From NCBI GenBank assembly GCA_020724865.1, contig DYGA01000001.1, positions 89,438-153,437 of the forward strand: DNA of 64,000 nucleotides, read 5' to 3'. Source of the DNA: Candidatus Paceibacter sp. (GTDB lineage Bacteria > Patescibacteriota > Patescibacteriia > S139-126). Shown piece by piece: positions 61,870 to 64,000 of this stretch. Within the stretch, counting starts at the first letter, position 1. Each line of letters opens with the position of its first letter. A program made the translations under genes and the position numbers. The notes beneath the pieces were generated by a model. It was not told the DNA's origin and ran no database searches. It worked only from the letters and a program-made list of their open reading frames with translations.

Positions 61870-62847
61870 TTATTTTTTGGCTGTTCCCCAATCTATACTA
61901 GTGCCTTTTATACCTTTAGTTTGCTGAAGATACTTATAAGCTTGCAGGGCGGCTTTGGCGCCTTCGCCGCCAGAAATAATTATTTGTTTATATTCAATAT
62001 CGGTAACGTCACCAGCAGCAAAAATTCCCGGGGTCTTAGTTTCGCAATTTTTATTGGTTTTAATCTGTTTATGATCGTCAAATTCTACCAAATCACCTAC
62101 CCATTCAGTTTTAGCAATATGCCCTATCTCTACAAACAAACCATCAACTGACAAATCTTTCAACGGCTGATTGTTTGTATCTACAAGCTCAATAGCTTCA
62201 ACTTTATTATTTCCTTTTATTCTAGCTATATTTGTGTTATATAAAATTTCTATATTAGAAATTTTTTTTACCCTATCAACTAAAATTTCATCGCCTCGAA
62301 ATTTATCACGACGATGAATTAAATAAACTTTTTTGGCTATTCTTGAAAGATATTCGGCGGCATCAAGCGCGCTATTTCCGCCGCCGATGACCGCAACATT
62401 TTTTTCTTTGAACAATGGTCCATCGCAAGTAGCGCAATAAGAAACTCCGCGTCCCTTTAATTCTTCCTCGCCAGGAACGCCAAGATCGCGCGGCGTTAAA
62501 CCAAAAGCCAAAATTATTGCCGCTGCTCTATACTGGTTGCTGTTAGTTGTAATAATAAAATCTCCGCCGTCTTTTTCTATTTTTTTAGCTTCTTCTGACT
62601 TCAGAATTGCACCAAATTTTTTTGCGTCTGCCAAAAAACGATTCATTAAATCAAAACCGTCTACTAAACCAACTCCGGGGTAATTTTCAATTTCTGTTGT
62701 TAAAGCAGCTTGCCCACCAACGTCTTTAGAAATAATTAGAGTTTTTAAAGCCCGCCTTGAAGTATAAATTGCAGCTGTCAATCCGGCTGCTCCAGCACCG
62801 ACAATAATAACATCAAAATATTCAGGAACACTTGTTTTACTATTCAT
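61870..62847 (-). CDS. trxB: Thioredoxin-disulfide reductase
   Basis: FAD GAGAAG, redox CATCDG and NAD(P) GGGNSA motifs. Confidence 0.9.
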   Translation of the reverse strand: MNSKTSVPEYFDVIIVGAGAAGLTAAIYTSRRALKTLIISKDVGGQAALTTEIENYPGVGLVDGFDLMNRFLADAKKFGAILKSEEAKKIEKDGGDFIITTNSNQYRAAAIILAFGLTPRDLGVPGEEELKGRGVSYCATCDGPLFKEKNVAVIGGGNSALDAAEYLSRIAKKVYLIHRRDKFRGDEILVDRVKKISNIEILYNTNIARIKGNNKVEAIELVDTNNQPLKDLSVDGLFVEIGHIAKTEWVGDLVEFDDHKQIKTNKNCETKTPGIFAAGDVTDIEYKQIIISGGEGAKAALQAYKYLQQTKGIKGTSIDWGTAKK

Positions 62848-62866
62848 AAATATGATTTTATATGGC

Positions 62867-63187
62867 TTAAAGCGCTTTGTCCAAACGCTCAGCTATTGCT
62901 TCTTTGGGATGAGCCCCTATTAATTGATCAACAACTTGTCCATTTTTAAAAATTAGCAAAGATGGAATACTCATAATGCCATAATTTTGAGAAGTAACAG
63001 GATTTTCATCTACATTTAATTTTCCTACCTTGGCTTTTCCTAAATACTCTTGGGCAATTTGTTCCACGATTGGACCAACGATACGACAAGGACCGCACCA
63101 GGGAGCCCAAAAATCAACTAACACCACTTGGTCACTTTGTAAAACTTCTTTATTAAAATTTTGATCGGTTAATGTTATTTCGGACAT
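62867..63187 (-). CDS. trxA: Thioredoxin
   Basis: WAPWCGPC active site. Confidence 0.9.
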   Translation of the reverse strand: MSEITLTDQNFNKEVLQSDQVVLVDFWAPWCGPCRIVGPIVEQIAQEYLGKAKVGKLNVDENPVTSQNYGIMSIPSLLIFKNGQVVDQLIGAHPKEAIAERLDKAL

Positions 63188-63194
63188 ATTTTTA

Positions 63195-63458
63195 TTATAA
63201 ATTTTTAAACATTTGATTAATTAATTTTTCTAAATCTTTTTTAGCAAATTTTTTCTTATTTGTATTAAAACAATCATTAGAATAATTTAATAATAACAGT
63301 TTAGCAACAGAACGCAATGCCGAATTGGTAGCAGCTAACTGCTGTAATACTTCAGAAATGTCACGATCCTCATGGATCATTTTTTCTATACCTTGTATTT
63401 GACCAGCAATCTTACGCAAATTACTTAAAATATAATTTTTATCACATTTTTTTTCCAT
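63195..63458 (-). CDS. CsoR/RcnR/FrmR-family (DUF156) metal- or stress-sensing transcriptional repressor
   Basis: [43 protein letters not shown]… and a Cys near the C-terminus. This is the four-helix-bundle repressor pattern. Confidence 0.65.
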   Translation of the reverse strand: MEKKCDKNYILSNLRKIAGQIQGIEKMIHEDRDISEVLQQLAATNSALRSVAKLLLLNYSNDCFNTNKKKFAKKDLEKLINQMFKNL

Positions 63459-63484
63459 ATACTATATACTAGTATATAGTATAT
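63457..63484. promoter_or_regulatory. Perfect 28-bp palindrome ATATACTATATACTAGTATATAGTATAT overlapping the regulator's start codon; candidate operator
   Basis: Exact dyad symmetry about ctag. TACT…AGTA half-sites resemble RcnR/FrmR-type operators. Confidence 0.55.
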
Positions 63485-63494
63485 AAAAAAATTG

Positions 63495-64000
63495 TCAAGT
63501 GTTTTCCTCGGCTTTATCAACCTCGTCTTCTATTTCCCCAACCAAATGTTCTAAAACATCTTCCAACGACACTAAACCAATTATCTCTTGTTGGCTGTTT
63601 CTGGTAACCAAAGCAATATGTTCTTTTAATTTTATCATTTTACGTAAAACAACATCTATTTTTTCGTTGTTATCAAAAAAAGATATTTTTCTAACTAAGT
63701 TTTGCAGGGGCGTTTCACGATTGTCGCTATTTAAAATTTTCATAATGTCATGAACGTGGACATAACCAATAATATTATTTTCATTGTCAATATAAACAGG
63801 AAACCTTGAGTAACCTGACTGAGCTACAAAATATGCTATGCTGTCTACCGGGACCTCACCATTTAAAAAAACAACTTTATATTTAGGGGTCATTACTTCT
63901 TTTACCGAAATATCGTTTAATAAAAAAATTTTTTCAATTAATACGTGCTCTCGGTAATCAATGTGTCCACTTTCTACACCTAATCGAGCTAAAGCCTTTA
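63495..64000 (-). CDS. CBS-pair + CorC_HlyC transporter-associated domain protein (CNNM/CorC family), 5'-truncated by the window end
   Basis: The ORF stays open upstream of the listed Met (…EKIFLLNDISVKEVMTPKYKV matches the family's …VREVMTPR… junction). C-terminal GLVSLEDVLEHLVGEIEDE. Confidence 0.6.
   Translation of the reverse strand, partial: KALARLGVESGHIDYREHVLIEKIFLLNDISVKEVMTPKYKVVFLNGEVPVDSIAYFVAQSGYSRFPVYIDNENNIIGYVHVHDIMKILNSDNRETPLQNLVRKISFFDNNEKIDVVLRKMIKLKEHIALVTRNSQQEIIGLVSLEDVLEHLVGEIEDEVDKAEENT

Overview
This is an AT-rich bacterial chromosomal segment of roughly one-third GC by eye; only the rRNA and tRNA genes and a few short islands are GC-rich. It is densely packed with housekeeping genes for DNA repair and segregation, cell wall, translation and RNA processing, and type IV pilus ATPases. 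These are: a partial recA, a RodZ-like protein, ftsK, murI, a phosphohexomutase, an ECF sigma factor with a membrane partner, uvrD, pilT, hup, ymdB, rny, clpP, two DHH (NrnA-like) paralogs flanking infB-rbfA, rluD, cmk, rplS, a PHP/EndoQ-like protein, pepA, an SPFH protein, ruvB, queA, ftsH, pilB, trmD, a KH protein, a short GspE-like ATPase, rpsP, smc, rnc, a NusB-NUDIX fusion, rpmF, yraN, rnhB, gdhA, trxB, trxA, a CsoR/RcnR-like regulator and a partial CNNM/CorC protein. The RNA genes are eight tRNAs (Lys-CTT, Arg-TCG, Ile-TAT, Val-GAC, Leu-GAG, Val-TAC, Ala-TGC, Leu-TAG), a 23S-5S unit with its own consensus promoter, and a 16S gene 14.7 kb away that has its own promoter, processing stem and terminator, so the rRNA genes are unlinked. 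Small proteins, U34-type tRNAs, unlinked rRNA genes, a multi-LTD/PKD surface protein and dispersed pilus ATPases suggest a reduced-genome, possibly Patescibacteria/CPR-like organism. That assignment is inference. No transposase, integrase or CRISPR array was seen. The most unusual items are a decayed copy of the tRNA-Lys 3' end plus trailer that brackets a 1.3-kb two-gene cassette with GC-rich hairpin islands, and a conserved 3'-flank module shared by three tRNAs. Others are a SET-domain methyltransferase in a small island between two tRNAs, a NusB-NUDIX fusion protein, a tRNA-Ile with a UAU anticodon, an independently expressed 32-aa Lys/Ala-rich peptide gene, a perfect 28-bp operator palindrome at a CsoR/RcnR-like gene heading a trxA-trxB-gdhA cluster, and a 21-mer repeat shared by two promoter regions.
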